From Leptospiraceae bacterium (GTDB lineage: Bacteria > Spirochaetota > Leptospiria > Leptospirales > Leptonemataceae): a stretch of 64,000 nucleotides of DNA. This document shows, in pieces, positions 20,085-30,273 of this stretch. Location: contig JAVJNR010000004.1 of assembly GCA_040217195.1 (NCBI GenBank), forward strand, positions 64,001 to 128,000, written 5' to 3'. The position numbers and the translations under genes were made by a program. Each line of letters starts with the position of its first letter. The first letter of the stretch is position 1. The notes below the pieces were generated by a model. That model ran no database searches and was not told where the DNA came from. It was given only the letters and a program-made list of their open reading frames with translations.

Positions 20085-21359
20085 TCAGATGGCACGCCGT
20101 TTTCGGAGATCTGAAATGTCCGATTCGCTATATCCCAGGGATTCAAGAATGTCCTGAGTATCCTGACCGTGGGCCGGAGGAGGTAGCCGGTAGGAAATGG
20201 GACTTCGCGATAGATGAAAGGGGCTTCCGGTTACAGGAACCGGACCCAGCGTCGGATCGTCCAGGGCCACGGCTGCTTCTCTGGCCTGCAATTGCTCACT
20301 GTGAAACGCTTCATCCGGCGATAGAACCGGCGTCAGGCAACAATCTGTATGCGCAAACAGGGGCTGTAGATCCTCATAGGTTTTTGTATCAAAATAGTCC
20401 TGCAATTGCTGACGAACCCTGTGCCGATTCTCCATCGAATCTGGATCGGATTGCAGTTGTTCCATCAATTCTTCGCGGCCTATGTTTTTCAGAAACGTGC
20501 GAAAGAAATTTCCTTCCAGAGCGCCCAGCATTACATAGCGGTTCTCCTTTGTGCGATACACCGAGTAGTTCGGAAGTCCACCGCTTAGATCCATCTGGCC
20601 TCTGGCAGGCAGCTTACCCGCAGCGGCCAGTTCTCCGGAATGAATGGATAATAAACTGAATGCTCCATCCATCATTCCGGTATCCACAAACTGACCCTCG
20701 CCTGTTCGTTGCCTGTGAAATAGTGCTGCCAGAATTCCGGACAGAGCCAGTAAACTACCGCCGGCTGTATCTGCTACCTGAATGCCCGGAAGAACTGGCG
20801 GACCTCCGTCTGCGCCGGTGATATGAAGCAGTCCGCTTTCGGCGATATAGTTTCCATCATGCCCGGCCCGGTCTCTTTCCGGACCTGTGGCCCCATAGCC
20901 AGATATTGCACAATAGATCAGACCCGGAAATCTTTTACTCAAACTCTCATAACCGATACCCATTTCTTCCAGGGTGTTCGGTCTAAATCCTTCCAGTAGA
21001 ACATCTGCCGTTTCCAGAAGTTTTAGCAGTACGTCGCGTCCCTCTGCCCTTTTAATGTTCAGTGATATACTTTTCTTATTTCGATTAACAGAATAAAACA
21101 AACCGGTGGGATTCGAATCATCACTCGGGGATTGGCCTGATGATTCAGGGGATGAGAGCTTTGTACCCATGAGCCTGGTCATATCTGGAACACGAGGATT
21201 TTCGATTTTTATTACCTCTGCGCCCAGGTCAGCCAGGTGCATTGAGCAAAGGGGACCTGGCAATAGCAGGGAAAGATCTACGACACGAATACCGGACAAC
21301 GGTCCGCGGTTGGTCTCTCCAAAGGATCTACTTTTAAGTTTATTCACATCTATGGCCAT
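20085..21359 (-). CDS. CaiB/BaiF family III CoA-transferase
   Basis: [57 protein letters not shown]. Start set at ATG 21359. Confidence 0.92.
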   Translation of the reverse strand: MAIDVNKLKSRSFGETNRGPLSGIRVVDLSLLLPGPLCSMHLADLGAEVIKIENPRVPDMTRLMGTKLSSPESSGQSPSDDSNPTGLFYSVNRNKKSISLNIKRAEGRDVLLKLLETADVLLEGFRPNTLEEMGIGYESLSKRFPGLIYCAISGYGATGPERDRAGHDGNYIAESGLLHITGADGGPPVLPGIQVADTAGGSLLALSGILAALFHRQRTGEGQFVDTGMMDGAFSLLSIHSGELAAAGKLPARGQMDLSGGLPNYSVYRTKENRYVMLGALEGNFFRTFLKNIGREELMEQLQSDPDSMENRHRVRQQLQDYFDTKTYEDLQPLFAHTDCCLTPVLSPDEAFHSEQLQAREAAVALDDPTLGPVPVTGSPFHLSRSPISYRLPPPAHGQDTQDILESLGYSESDISDLRKRRAI

Positions 21360-21436
21360 AGCTCTATTTGCTCCTACTTCGGAAGAATGATTTGCTACCG
21401 GTCTTACCGGGCCTGAGTCAGGATAGACTATTTCAA

Positions 21437-21811
21437 TTATTGGGCGGCGCTCATCCTGGAAGCAACCAGCCACAGACCAACAATCATCATTGCAATGCCG
21501 GCGTACTGAATCCAGTCCAGATTTTCCTGGAAGAAAACCCGGGATGCTACCAGAACAATTATGAATCCAAGACTGGTCATTATTGGATAGGCAATACTCA
21601 AAGGCACATTTTGTGAAAGCACATGACGATAGGCAATAAAAGCCAGACCAAAGCTAGCAAGCCCTGCAATAAGCCAGGGATTAAGTAGCAGCTTGATGAA
21701 ATCTTCTGTACCCATTTCTCCTGAACGATAGGCACTTGCTTTGATCAGTATATTCGCCGAGGCATTCAGCACGATTGCCAGAATGAATACGATTAGTGTA
21801 AGTTGAGTCAT
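21437..21811 (-). CDS. Small multidrug-resistance/DMT-type 4-TM protein (ArnE/F-like)
   Basis: Four hydrophobic helices; PLSIAYP, FFQE motif; lacks the EmrE Glu14. Confidence 0.75.
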   Translation of the reverse strand: MTQLTLIVFILAIVLNASANILIKASAYRSGEMGTEDFIKLLLNPWLIAGLASFGLAFIAYRHVLSQNVPLSIAYPIMTSLGFIIVLVASRVFFQENLDWIQYAGIAMMIVGLWLVASRMSAAQ

Positions 21812-21926
21812 TGTTTTCTCCGATGTCAGTGGCGAATCTGTTATGCTTCGCTCTGTCTGTTATTAATGCTTCTGCCAGTATTCCGTTTTTAGATGGCTTC
21901 CGGGACCGATTGTGCACCCTGTATCG

Positions 21927-22934
21927 CTATACACTCTCGAAAATCAGTTTGCTCAGCTCTTTGAAGTCCATCTTCAAGCGCACAGGCAGATAGTGCAGTC
22001 CCCGAAGGTGTGGCTTTTCAGAGGATCTGGCATCCAGGTTGTCCACTGTGGCAATCTGTCTTATACGAACCAGATCTTTCTCGGTAGTCACAACAGGCCA
22101 TCCCTTTTGCCAGCTGAGTACATCGGACATTCGATATCGATGGTGATCGGAATACCTGATGTGGCTCTGCACATCGTAACCAGCAGCGGTCAGAGTGGCT
22201 TCAAACCCTGATGGATTTCCAATGCCACTTACGGCCACCACCGGACCGGGCTTGAGCGCAGGCAGAACGGCCCCGGCCGCATGAATGGATTCCCAGACTG
22301 GCAATGCAGGAAAGGAACTTTGAATGATTCTTTTCCATTGTGCCGCCTGGCCGGCAGCCAGGTCTGTTCTGGTCAAGATAACGGCGCTGGCTCGCTGCAG
22401 AGCCAAAATAGGTTCCCTGAATTTACCCAGAGGGATTAAAGAAGCATCTCCCGGGGCAACCGTGGAGTCCAGAAGCACCAGATTCACTTCACGGTGCACC
22501 GACGGATTTTGAAAGGCATCATCCAGAACTATAAAATCAATGTCTGTTGCGAAATCCTGGATTGCCTTCCATCGGTCCGAGCCAACAATTACCCGGGCCC
22601 CCGGCACATTGTAGAGCTGCGCTTCATCCCCACTTTCAGAAGCATCCATTAAGAAACGTGAACCATCGAAAGCAAGGCCGCCAGAACGGCTTTTCTTACC
22701 GCCATAACCGCGCAATACTACAGCCGGACGATAGCCCCTGGAAAGGGCTTCCTGTAACATCCAGACCCCCAGAGGAGTTTTGCCTGTTCCTCCAGCACTC
22801 AAATTCCCCAGGGATACAACCAGAGCTAAACTGCGATTCTGCTTATCCTTTCGTTTCTGGAATTTTCTATGGTGCAGGCGCAAATACAGTCTTTGCAACC
22901 AGTGGGAGCTTCGTATGGGATATTCGTCGCTCAT
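21927..22934 (-). CDS. lpxK: Tetraacyldisaccharide 4'-kinase
   Basis: SLGNLSAGGTGKTP, LRGYGG, SGDEA, LDDAFQ, GKFRE, SGIGNP, DHHRY, TTEKD. Confidence 0.95.
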   Translation of the reverse strand: MSDEYPIRSSHWLQRLYLRLHHRKFQKRKDKQNRSLALVVSLGNLSAGGTGKTPLGVWMLQEALSRGYRPAVVLRGYGGKKSRSGGLAFDGSRFLMDASESGDEAQLYNVPGARVIVGSDRWKAIQDFATDIDFIVLDDAFQNPSVHREVNLVLLDSTVAPGDASLIPLGKFREPILALQRASAVILTRTDLAAGQAAQWKRIIQSSFPALPVWESIHAAGAVLPALKPGPVVAVSGIGNPSGFEATLTAAGYDVQSHIRYSDHHRYRMSDVLSWQKGWPVVTTEKDLVRIRQIATVDNLDARSSEKPHLRGLHYLPVRLKMDFKELSKLIFESV

Positions 22935-24838
22935 GAAACGGCAAATTGCATCTCATAAAGGCGGCGGTAGATGCCCCCTTTCTCCAACAGAGTTTTATGG
23001 TCTCCAGTTTCCACAATGCGACCCTGGTCCATCACCAGAATTCGATCCGAGCGAGTGACTGTAGAAAGACGATGGGCTACAATAAATACTGTCCTGCCGC
23101 GTAGCAAAGTGTTGATCGCTTCCTGCACCATCTTTTCGCTTTCATTGTCCAGAGCAGATGTTGCCTCATCGAATATTAAAACAGGTGGATTGTGCAGTAT
23201 GGCTCTTGCAATTGCAATTCTCTGTCTCTGGCCACCGGAAAGCATAACTCCCCGTTCTCCCACCAGAGTATCATAGCCTTCATGAAGGGCTGAAATAAAC
23301 TTATGTGCATGGGCTGCCCGAGCCGCTCGCACAACCTCCTCTTCTGGAATGTCCACGCGACCCAGGGTAATGTTATCGCGCAATGTAGCGTTGAAGAGAA
23401 ATACACTTTGAGTAACAATACCAATTCGCTCCCGAAGATCATTCAGGCGAAAGTTCTTCAGGTCTTTTCCATCTACCAGGATTCTGCCTCCAGTGGGATC
23501 GTAAAACCTGGGAAGAAGATCAATGAAGGTTGACTTCCCGGCTCCAGAGGAACCGACAATGGAAACAGTCTGTCCTGCCTCCACACTTACGTTAACGTTT
23601 TTTAGAGCATCCTGATCCGAACCAGGATAGCGAAAGCTAACATTGTCAAATTGGATGGTATCGCGGACCCCGCCAAATCGAATTGGATCTTTTGCTTCTG
23701 TAAGTCTTGGTTTATCATCCAGAATTTCAAAGATTCTCTCAGCTGCGGCCGACGATGCTCCCATCAGATTTACCATGATAGAAACCTGTTTCATGGGTCG
23801 CATGATGAAGATTAAAATAAAGAAGAAGCCAAAAAACATCCCGCGGCTTAGATCCCCGGACGAGATTTCATAAGCTCCCCATCCCAGGAAAATCACCACT
23901 ACCAGAGTAGCCACGAATTCTGTAATGGCCGGCCCCACCTGATGATAATAGTGTCCCTTGAATGTGTTTCGAAAGAGGCGATGATTGATGATGTTAAACC
24001 TCATCTGCTCGAACTTTTCCATGGAAAAAGCTCGAATGACTCGAATGCCGCTAATTATTTCCTGTACATGGCCTCCCATCTCTGCCAGACGCTCTTGTTG
24101 GCCCATGGCGGCCCGACGAATCTTCACTGCAAACTTGTTCACCGGTGCAATCAGGATGGGAACTACCAGCAGAATGGCCAGAAGCATTTCCCAGCTAATC
24201 AAAGCCAGGATAACCAGGTGAGTAATTATATAGAACAGATTAACCACTGCTTCCTGAAACTCGATAGAAAGCGAACGACCTACTAGCTGTACATCGTTTA
24301 TAACCCGGCTCATGATGATACCGGTGCGACCCTGCTCAAAATAGTCCAGGCCCATCCGATTCAATTTACTGTAGAGTAGATTCCGAATGTCCCGTATTGC
24401 ATAGGTACCGGCCGTACCTATAAAATACAAACTAAGGCTCAGACCTATAGTCTTCAGAAAATAGATGGGCAATACCAGCAGACAGAGACTGAAAATAGCT
24501 TCCCTGGGGGTTTTATCCTCCACCCATTCATTGGAGTAGACCTTGAAGCCAGTCCAGCGCGCATTGATGGATTCGAATATCGGAAGATCCTCACCCCGCT
24601 GAAATCGATCATACTTTTCCAGCTCAGAGGCTCCAAGAGGGAAGAGCTCTACCTTTTCGGTCTCTCCCAGAGCATTGAAAATGGGAATAAAAATCGTAAG
24701 TGAAAAAAGATTGGTAATGGATACTACAAGAGAAAGGAACAATCCCGCAAAGATTCGAAATTTGTACTGCAGCACGAATCGACTGAGCCTTAAAAGCGGG
24801 GCAGCCCTGAGCGGCGGCTTGGTGCGAGTTTCTTCCAT
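22931..24838 (-). CDS. msbA: Lipid A export ABC transporter (MsbA-like)
   Basis: TM domain plus NBD GSSGAGKST, LSGGQRQR, DEATSALD, AHRLST; 4-nt overlap with lpxK. Start set at ATG 24838. Confidence 0.88.
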   Translation of the reverse strand: MEETRTKPPLRAAPLLRLSRFVLQYKFRIFAGLFLSLVVSITNLFSLTIFIPIFNALGETEKVELFPLGASELEKYDRFQRGEDLPIFESINARWTGFKVYSNEWVEDKTPREAIFSLCLLVLPIYFLKTIGLSLSLYFIGTAGTYAIRDIRNLLYSKLNRMGLDYFEQGRTGIIMSRVINDVQLVGRSLSIEFQEAVVNLFYIITHLVILALISWEMLLAILLVVPILIAPVNKFAVKIRRAAMGQQERLAEMGGHVQEIISGIRVIRAFSMEKFEQMRFNIINHRLFRNTFKGHYYHQVGPAITEFVATLVVVIFLGWGAYEISSGDLSRGMFFGFFFILIFIMRPMKQVSIMVNLMGASSAAAERIFEILDDKPRLTEAKDPIRFGGVRDTIQFDNVSFRYPGSDQDALKNVNVSVEAGQTVSIVGSSGAGKSTFIDLLPRFYDPTGGRILVDGKDLKNFRLNDLRERIGIVTQSVFLFNATLRDNITLGRVDIPEEEVVRAARAAHAHKFISALHEGYDTLVGERGVMLSGGQRQRIAIARAILHNPPVLIFDEATSALDNESEKMVQEAINTLLRGRTVFIVAHRLSTVTRSDRILVMDQGRIVETGDHKTLLEKGGIYRRLYEMQFAVS

Positions 24839-25030
24839 AGGCCTTACGATGTTTAGTTTCCAGGTGCCCCTGAGGGCAAGAACAATAGACTGCGCTTCAG
24901 CCGCGGCATAGCCCGGTATAGCAGGAGTTTTTGCCCTGAATCGGGGGGAACCCTTGCATTGGAATGCATTGGGCAGCCAGGCAAAACCGTTACCCTGGCC
25001 CTTACCACGTCCCGGACGCAAAAGAATGAA

Positions 25031-28000
25031 CTAGAAGCGGAAATCCCCAATACCGAAAACAAAATTGAATCTGTCATCTCCCGGTATAGGTTTCAGTTTG
25101 CCCCGATCATAATAGAGCTTCTGAGCCAGAAATAGCCTCAGTGGCAGAACTGGAATCTGTATCCTGATTCCAAAGCCCCAGCTAAACAGTGTACGATCGA
25201 GGGCCAGGTTTCTCTGGGACAGAACCGCTCTTCTAGGATCATTCCAGGCTGACTGGGAACCGAAGAAGTATGGCTTCTGGTTCACTGGATTGATATTGTC
25301 GGTCAGATATCGATCAATGGCATTGGCTCCTTCGAATTGAGCTTCTACCTGATCCTCATAGTCTTCAACAAACTCAGCATTGTCTCCTGTCAGCTCGCCC
25401 AGATTAATGAACATTGATCCAGCATCCAGAAAGAAGGTCCACCAGAGTACAGTAGGTTCAATTGGAAACCGCATCTCCAGACCGCCCAGAATCATGTGGT
25501 TGGCCCCGTTTAGCTGCCACCAGGAATTGGGAAAGTTGGGATCCTGAGCATAATCATAGCCCCTCAGGGTTTCATAACCGCCCAGGTATAGCTTATCGCC
25601 TGGCTCAATAAATGGATTAATGTCCTTATTCTGACTTCCGCTGTAAGGAGCCGTTTCATGGGTGAAAGTGCCAGACAATCTGGTCTCAATCACCACCCTC
25701 CAGCGCTTCAATGTATTGGATCGAAAAAGGCCACCGAAGGTGTAATCAAAAGGCCAGAAGTAATGAGCAAACTTTGCAGTGTACTGATTGTAGTGATCCT
25801 CTCCGCCCAGTATCTGGCCCACCGTTTCAATGGATAGGTCCATGCTCAGACCACTGGTGGTATTATACACATTGTCCCGGGAATCATAGAGAAGGCCATT
25901 TGTGAAGCTGGACTTGAATTGCCAGCCCAGGTTTGTTCTTCGAATTACTTCATTGCTGGCCAGAGCAGATGGACGGGAAGCAACGGACCAACTGGGAGAA
26001 TATCTATGGTAGTGAGCCCAGTTAATCCAGAAAGTATGGGAAAGTCCAACTCCAATCCCCAGGGACGTTACCTCGTAGGATGCCCTTTCGAAGAAATCAC
26101 TGGAGTCATCGCTTACGCGGATGGGAACAATCTGCACTGTACTGGATGCATACCCGGCGTAGAGCGATAGAGCCCAGGGCCTGGGAGCACTTCGGTAACA
26201 ATCTTCTTCCTCTTCTAGAAAGGGCCGCACTACATGGCGGATCTTCTCTTTTACCCGGTCCAGGTTTTCCACTGTTTCCGGAGAGTTTCGCGCTTCCTGT
26301 ACATAGGTGCGAATCAGCTTTCCAACTTCGCTGTATTGATTCTGATAGGTATCCGCCAGTAGTTCCAGAGATTCCAGGCTTTCCGCTTCATCGATTCTCT
26401 GTTGCTGATTGTACCAATAACGACCGGTGGAATCCTGACAGGCTTCATACAACCAGGGATCGGTCCAGGAAATACTTACCTGACGCGTCAGAGGTCCGTA
26501 CTGTAGTTTACCTGTAATTCGCTGCCCGGTTCCATTCAGGTTGTTTTCGCCCACCTCCGTAAAGATGGAAAAGCCAGTCTGGGTGCCATATCCACCACCC
26601 ATGGTGATAGTTCCGGTGGGCTGCTCCGTTACATCGATGATGAGATTCATTTTCTCATCATCCGAACCGGGGCGCATTTCCAGGTTCACTTCTTTAAAGT
26701 ATCCCAGGTTAAAGATCTTTTCCCGGCTTCTTTCTACCAGGGCGGAATTGAAGAGCTGACCTTCCTTAACCAGAAGCTCGCGACGAATCACATGCTCCTG
26801 GGTCTTGCTCATACCTTTGATTATAATATTCTCTATAAATGCCAGATGGTTTTCGCGAACAACAAAATGCACATGTCGCAGCGTTTGCCCGGCAGCCCGA
26901 GGATCGTCCTCAAGTTTTTCGCGCAATAGTTCAAAGTTCAGGCTTTCGCCTATATCCTGGCATCGTCTTTGCTCTTCGGATGCAGGATTTTCGAGATCCC
27001 TGCAAGCTTCGTATTTCTGCAGAGTTTCTTCTGTGAGTTTGAAGGTAGTAAAATAGGGTTGAATCTGGGCGAATACGTATCCCTGGGAAGAATAGGCCTG
27101 CTGCAGAGTGTTCCTGTCCCTAAAGAACTTACCTTCGTCGAAGATCTCTCCGCTTTCGCCGGGATTAAATTCCATGAAGCTGAGTAATTGTTCTTCGGTA
27201 AAAACTGGATTCTGATTCTCCTTGGTCTTTACTTTGCGTTCCGGCGGATTTCTCTCCAGGTTTATTGCCTGGGAATCATGCTCCAGAGAGTATCCACCAT
27301 AGTAACGAATTTCCCCTTCATTGATCTTGTAGGTGATAACCACCACTCGACCTTCTTCAGGCTTAGATGGATTTCGCCATCGAATCTCATAACCGGTCCC
27401 TGCTGGATCTATCTCTGCATTTACATAACCATTGGACTTGGCAAAGGCCAGTAGCTTGTATTTGTCCTCTTCAAATTTACCTTCGCTGAAAATACCGTCT
27501 TCGAATATCCCCTCTTCTTTATGATCCAGTATGGCCAGCATATTCTCAGGATCAAGATTTCGGGTACCCAGGATGTTGATTCTGGATATCGGGATATTCT
27601 CGCCTTCATCAATAATGTAGCGAAGTTCAATTGTATTTGTTTCCGGATCCACCTCTCCGGTATCCAGCCATACAGCAGCCATGAAGAAACCTTCACTGCG
27701 ATATTTATCCACCAGGACGGCTACCGCTTCCTGGGCTCGCTGCAACTGGTAGACATCCCCTTCCTTTATGGGCAGAGCTGTTTTTAGATCAGCTTCGTAT
27801 AGCTCTTCCATACCCAGAAGTTCTACATCGCTGATGCGCGGAAGCTCCACCAATTCAAAGTTCAAAATGACCTGATCGCTGGAGTTCAGCTGCGCTTTTA
27901 GTGTTACGTTTTCAAAGTAGCCGGTGGCATATAGAGCGCGCACGGAAGCATTGAGACTCTCCAATGTGACCTCCTGACCAACAGTCAGAGGAATTGTGTC

Positions 28001-28183
28001 CCTTAGCTCTCCAGGATCTACATTCTGAAGGCCATAAAATTCAACACCGGCCAGGGGTTTGCCCAGATATTGATCTCTATCAGAATTTCCGGGGGCAATG
28101 GCCACCAACAGGCCAGTGAGAAGGGCTACGTGCGCCAGGCGTGGAGCGAATTTTAGCAGTATTTCCTTGAATTTTTGGATCAC
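25031..28183 (-). CDS. bamA: Outer-membrane protein assembly factor BamA with large insertions
   Basis: POTRA repeats (LYATGYF, KTQEHVIRRE, NLGYF), EQPTGTITMGGGY, ENNLNGTGQ, LYDSRDN, LGGYETLRGY, C-terminal F. Confidence 0.93.
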   Translation of the reverse strand: MIQKFKEILLKFAPRLAHVALLTGLLVAIAPGNSDRDQYLGKPLAGVEFYGLQNVDPGELRDTIPLTVGQEVTLESLNASVRALYATGYFENVTLKAQLNSSDQVILNFELVELPRISDVELLGMEELYEADLKTALPIKEGDVYQLQRAQEAVAVLVDKYRSEGFFMAAVWLDTGEVDPETNTIELRYIIDEGENIPISRINILGTRNLDPENMLAILDHKEEGIFEDGIFSEGKFEEDKYKLLAFAKSNGYVNAEIDPAGTGYEIRWRNPSKPEEGRVVVITYKINEGEIRYYGGYSLEHDSQAINLERNPPERKVKTKENQNPVFTEEQLLSFMEFNPGESGEIFDEGKFFRDRNTLQQAYSSQGYVFAQIQPYFTTFKLTEETLQKYEACRDLENPASEEQRRCQDIGESLNFELLREKLEDDPRAAGQTLRHVHFVVRENHLAFIENIIIKGMSKTQEHVIRRELLVKEGQLFNSALVERSREKIFNLGYFKEVNLEMRPGSDDEKMNLIIDVTEQPTGTITMGGGYGTQTGFSIFTEVGENNLNGTGQRITGKLQYGPLTRQVSISWTDPWLYEACQDSTGRYWYNQQQRIDEAESLESLELLADTYQNQYSEVGKLIRTYVQEARNSPETVENLDRVKEKIRHVVRPFLEEEEDCYRSAPRPWALSLYAGYASSTVQIVPIRVSDDSSDFFERASYEVTSLGIGVGLSHTFWINWAHYHRYSPSWSVASRPSALASNEVIRRTNLGWQFKSSFTNGLLYDSRDNVYNTTSGLSMDLSIETVGQILGGEDHYNQYTAKFAHYFWPFDYTFGGLFRSNTLKRWRVVIETRLSGTFTHETAPYSGSQNKDINPFIEPGDKLYLGGYETLRGYDYAQDPNFPNSWWQLNGANHMILGGLEMRFPIEPTVLWWTFFLDAGSMFINLGELTGDNAEFVEDYEDQVEAQFEGANAIDRYLTDNINPVNQKPYFFGSQSAWNDPRRAVLSQRNLALDRTLFSWGFGIRIQIPVLPLRLFLAQKLYYDRGKLKPIPGDDRFNFVFGIGDFRF

Positions 28184-28379
28184 TGATGCTCCAGTTTGAT
28201 GTTCCGAATTGCCGGGCTACGGCGGAATCTGGACAGAAAAATTGTCTCCATTCAAGAGTCATTCTCATTTTCCCCGCTCCATGCCAGATGAATGCATTGA
28301 ATCCCTGTATGGAATTAGAATACGGCGCATTCGGTGAAGTGAATGCAATGTCTGTGGAGTGAATTCAACATTGATCTAC

Positions 28380-28408
28380 AAAAAAAAGGCCAGCCTTCCG
28401 GCCAGCCT
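28380..28408 (-). terminator. Intrinsic terminator after recN
   Basis: Minus strand AGGCTGGCC-GGAA-GGCTGGCCT (two G-U pairs) followed by a T run. Confidence 0.8.
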
Positions 28409-28457
28409 GAGCGAAAAAGTAGCAGATAAGATTATTGTAGATTCTGAATGAAGGGCA

Positions 28458-30194
28458 TCAGGCTCCAGCTCGATTGAGCAAATGTCGCGCATGTTCCAGA
28501 GCCATTGTATCGCGACCACCACCCAGCATTCGAGCCATCTCCTGCATTCTGTGATCCCCTTGCAGCTTATCCAGCTTGCTGAAGGTCCGACCCTCCCGCA
28601 GAGTTTTAGAAATGCGAAAATGTCGATCTGCCAGACTGGCGATTTGATGCAGGTGAGTCACCACCAGAACCTGACTCTGGCTGGCCAGCAATTGGAGACG
28701 TTCCCCAATTGCACAGGCTACCTCTCCGCCCACACCTGTATCTATCTCATCAAAGATCACTGTGGGCACTGGATTTTGCTCCATGACTGTGGTCTTCAGT
28801 GCCAGCATAATACGGGAAAGTTCACCGCCGCTAGCAACCTTTCGAAGCGGCTGAAGCTGCTCCCCCCGGTTTGCACAGAAATAAAGCTCCACCCGATCCA
28901 AACCCTTTTCGGAGATTACATATTTTTCATTTTGTCCATCCGGGATCACTCTTTTCAGTGCTTCGCTGCCCTGGGACTTCTCCTTGAGTTCCCGGTTAAC
29001 CGTGACCTGAATGGTGGCTCCGGGCATGCCCAGATGAGACAACTCTTCTGCCAGTTTCTGTTCCAGAGTGCGAATCACGGACCGGCGCTTGACGGAAAGA
29101 TCTTCACTGGTCTCCAGGAGTTCTGCATCCACCACTTTCAATTCTGAGCGCAGTAGTTCCGTTTGCTCCTCACTCATCTCAATACTGGACAGCTCGGCCA
29201 GAAAGTCCTCAAGCGCAGACATTACGGTTGCCGTATTGCCTCCGTATTTCTTATGGAGTTTCCTATAACCGGATAGCCGCTCTTCCACGTCTTCCAGTCG
29301 TTCTGGACTGAATTGCATCCGGTCCTTTTCGCTGCGCAGAAATTCTGCCACCGCTTCCAGGCTGTACAGTGCATCCCTGAGATACTGAACATTGGCATCA
29401 ATGTCTGGATGAATGGAAGAATGCTTCTCAAGTATGGTTTCCAGTTTTTCAATTCCGCTCAGTACCGAAGGATCTTCTTCTTTTAATAGGTTATAACCGA
29501 GATAGAAATCCTGATACAGCCGGCCACTATTCTGGACCATGGCCTTTTCCTGCTCTAGCTGCTCGTATTCCTCCTCCCTGGGGCCAAAGGAATCGATCTC
29601 ATCGATGGCAAATCGTAGAAAATCCAATCGTCTTTGTTTTTCATGCTCTTCCATTTGCACGGATCGCAGCTTTCGACGAATCTCCATGGCTCTTCCATGA
29701 AGTGCAGAAACCCGGGATGCCAGGGATGAGGAACCGGCAAATAGATCTAGATAATCCAGATGAGTCTCCGGCTCCAGCAGCTTCTGATGATCATGCTGTC
29801 CATGCATTTCCACCAGCAGGGAAGTTAACCGGCGGAGCTCCGCCAGCTTGAGATTTTGACCGTTGGCTATTACCCTGCCCCGGCCCTCAGGAGAGATCTC
29901 CCTTCGAAGATTCAGATAGGGTCCCTCCGCCGGAATGCCCAGCTCCAGCATTGTTTCCGGCATCCCTTTATCCCCGGTTCCAGAGATATCGAAGATACCT
30001 TCCAGAATTGCTTTGCTGGCACCGTTTCTAACCAGGCCTCCGCCAGCCCGAGCGCCCAGAACACAGTCCAGCGCCTGCAGAATAAGGGACTTACCGGACC
30101 CAGTTTCACCGGTCAGTGCATTGAAACCCTGCTCGGGCCGAAAGCGTACCTCTTCCATGATTCCAAAGTTTTCTACTCGAAGCTCGATTAACAT
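28458..30194 (-). CDS. recN: DNA repair protein RecN
   Basis: LTGETGSGKS, HGQHDHQ, ASGGELSRIMLA, IFDEIDTGVGG, VTHLHQIA, EMARMLGG. Confidence 0.97.
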   Translation of the reverse strand: MLIELRVENFGIMEEVRFRPEQGFNALTGETGSGKSLILQALDCVLGARAGGGLVRNGASKAILEGIFDISGTGDKGMPETMLELGIPAEGPYLNLRREISPEGRGRVIANGQNLKLAELRRLTSLLVEMHGQHDHQKLLEPETHLDYLDLFAGSSSLASRVSALHGRAMEIRRKLRSVQMEEHEKQRRLDFLRFAIDEIDSFGPREEEYEQLEQEKAMVQNSGRLYQDFYLGYNLLKEEDPSVLSGIEKLETILEKHSSIHPDIDANVQYLRDALYSLEAVAEFLRSEKDRMQFSPERLEDVEERLSGYRKLHKKYGGNTATVMSALEDFLAELSSIEMSEEQTELLRSELKVVDAELLETSEDLSVKRRSVIRTLEQKLAEELSHLGMPGATIQVTVNRELKEKSQGSEALKRVIPDGQNEKYVISEKGLDRVELYFCANRGEQLQPLRKVASGGELSRIMLALKTTVMEQNPVPTVIFDEIDTGVGGEVACAIGERLQLLASQSQVLVVTHLHQIASLADRHFRISKTLREGRTFSKLDKLQGDHRMQEMARMLGGGRDTMALEHARHLLNRAGA

Positions 30195-30200
30195 GACGCC

Positions 30201-30216
30201 TGTATAGTGCTATACA
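30201..30216. promoter_or_regulatory. Putative LexA (SOS) operator at recN
   Basis: Palindrome TGTATAG-TG-CTATACA 6 nt upstream of the recN ATG; contains TGCTATACAAA, similar to the Leptospira recA LexA box TTTGCTATACAAA. Confidence 0.7.
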
Positions 30217-30273
30217 AATCTTACGCAATCATTTTTTAGCTAGTTATCCAAAAAAATAAAAGCTTCATTAGGA

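Noticed and set aside
18529..20659. Long plus-strand ORFs (18529..19179, 19931..20659)
   Set aside because: Antisense shadows of guaB and the CoA-transferase; no recognisable motifs.
28482..29147. 221-aa plus-strand ORF, and similarly 4319..4816, 11251..11859 and 52525..53082
   Set aside because: Each lies wholly within a longer, better supported ORF (recN, lptD, the 11.2-kb ORF, korB) on the opposite strand or in another frame.
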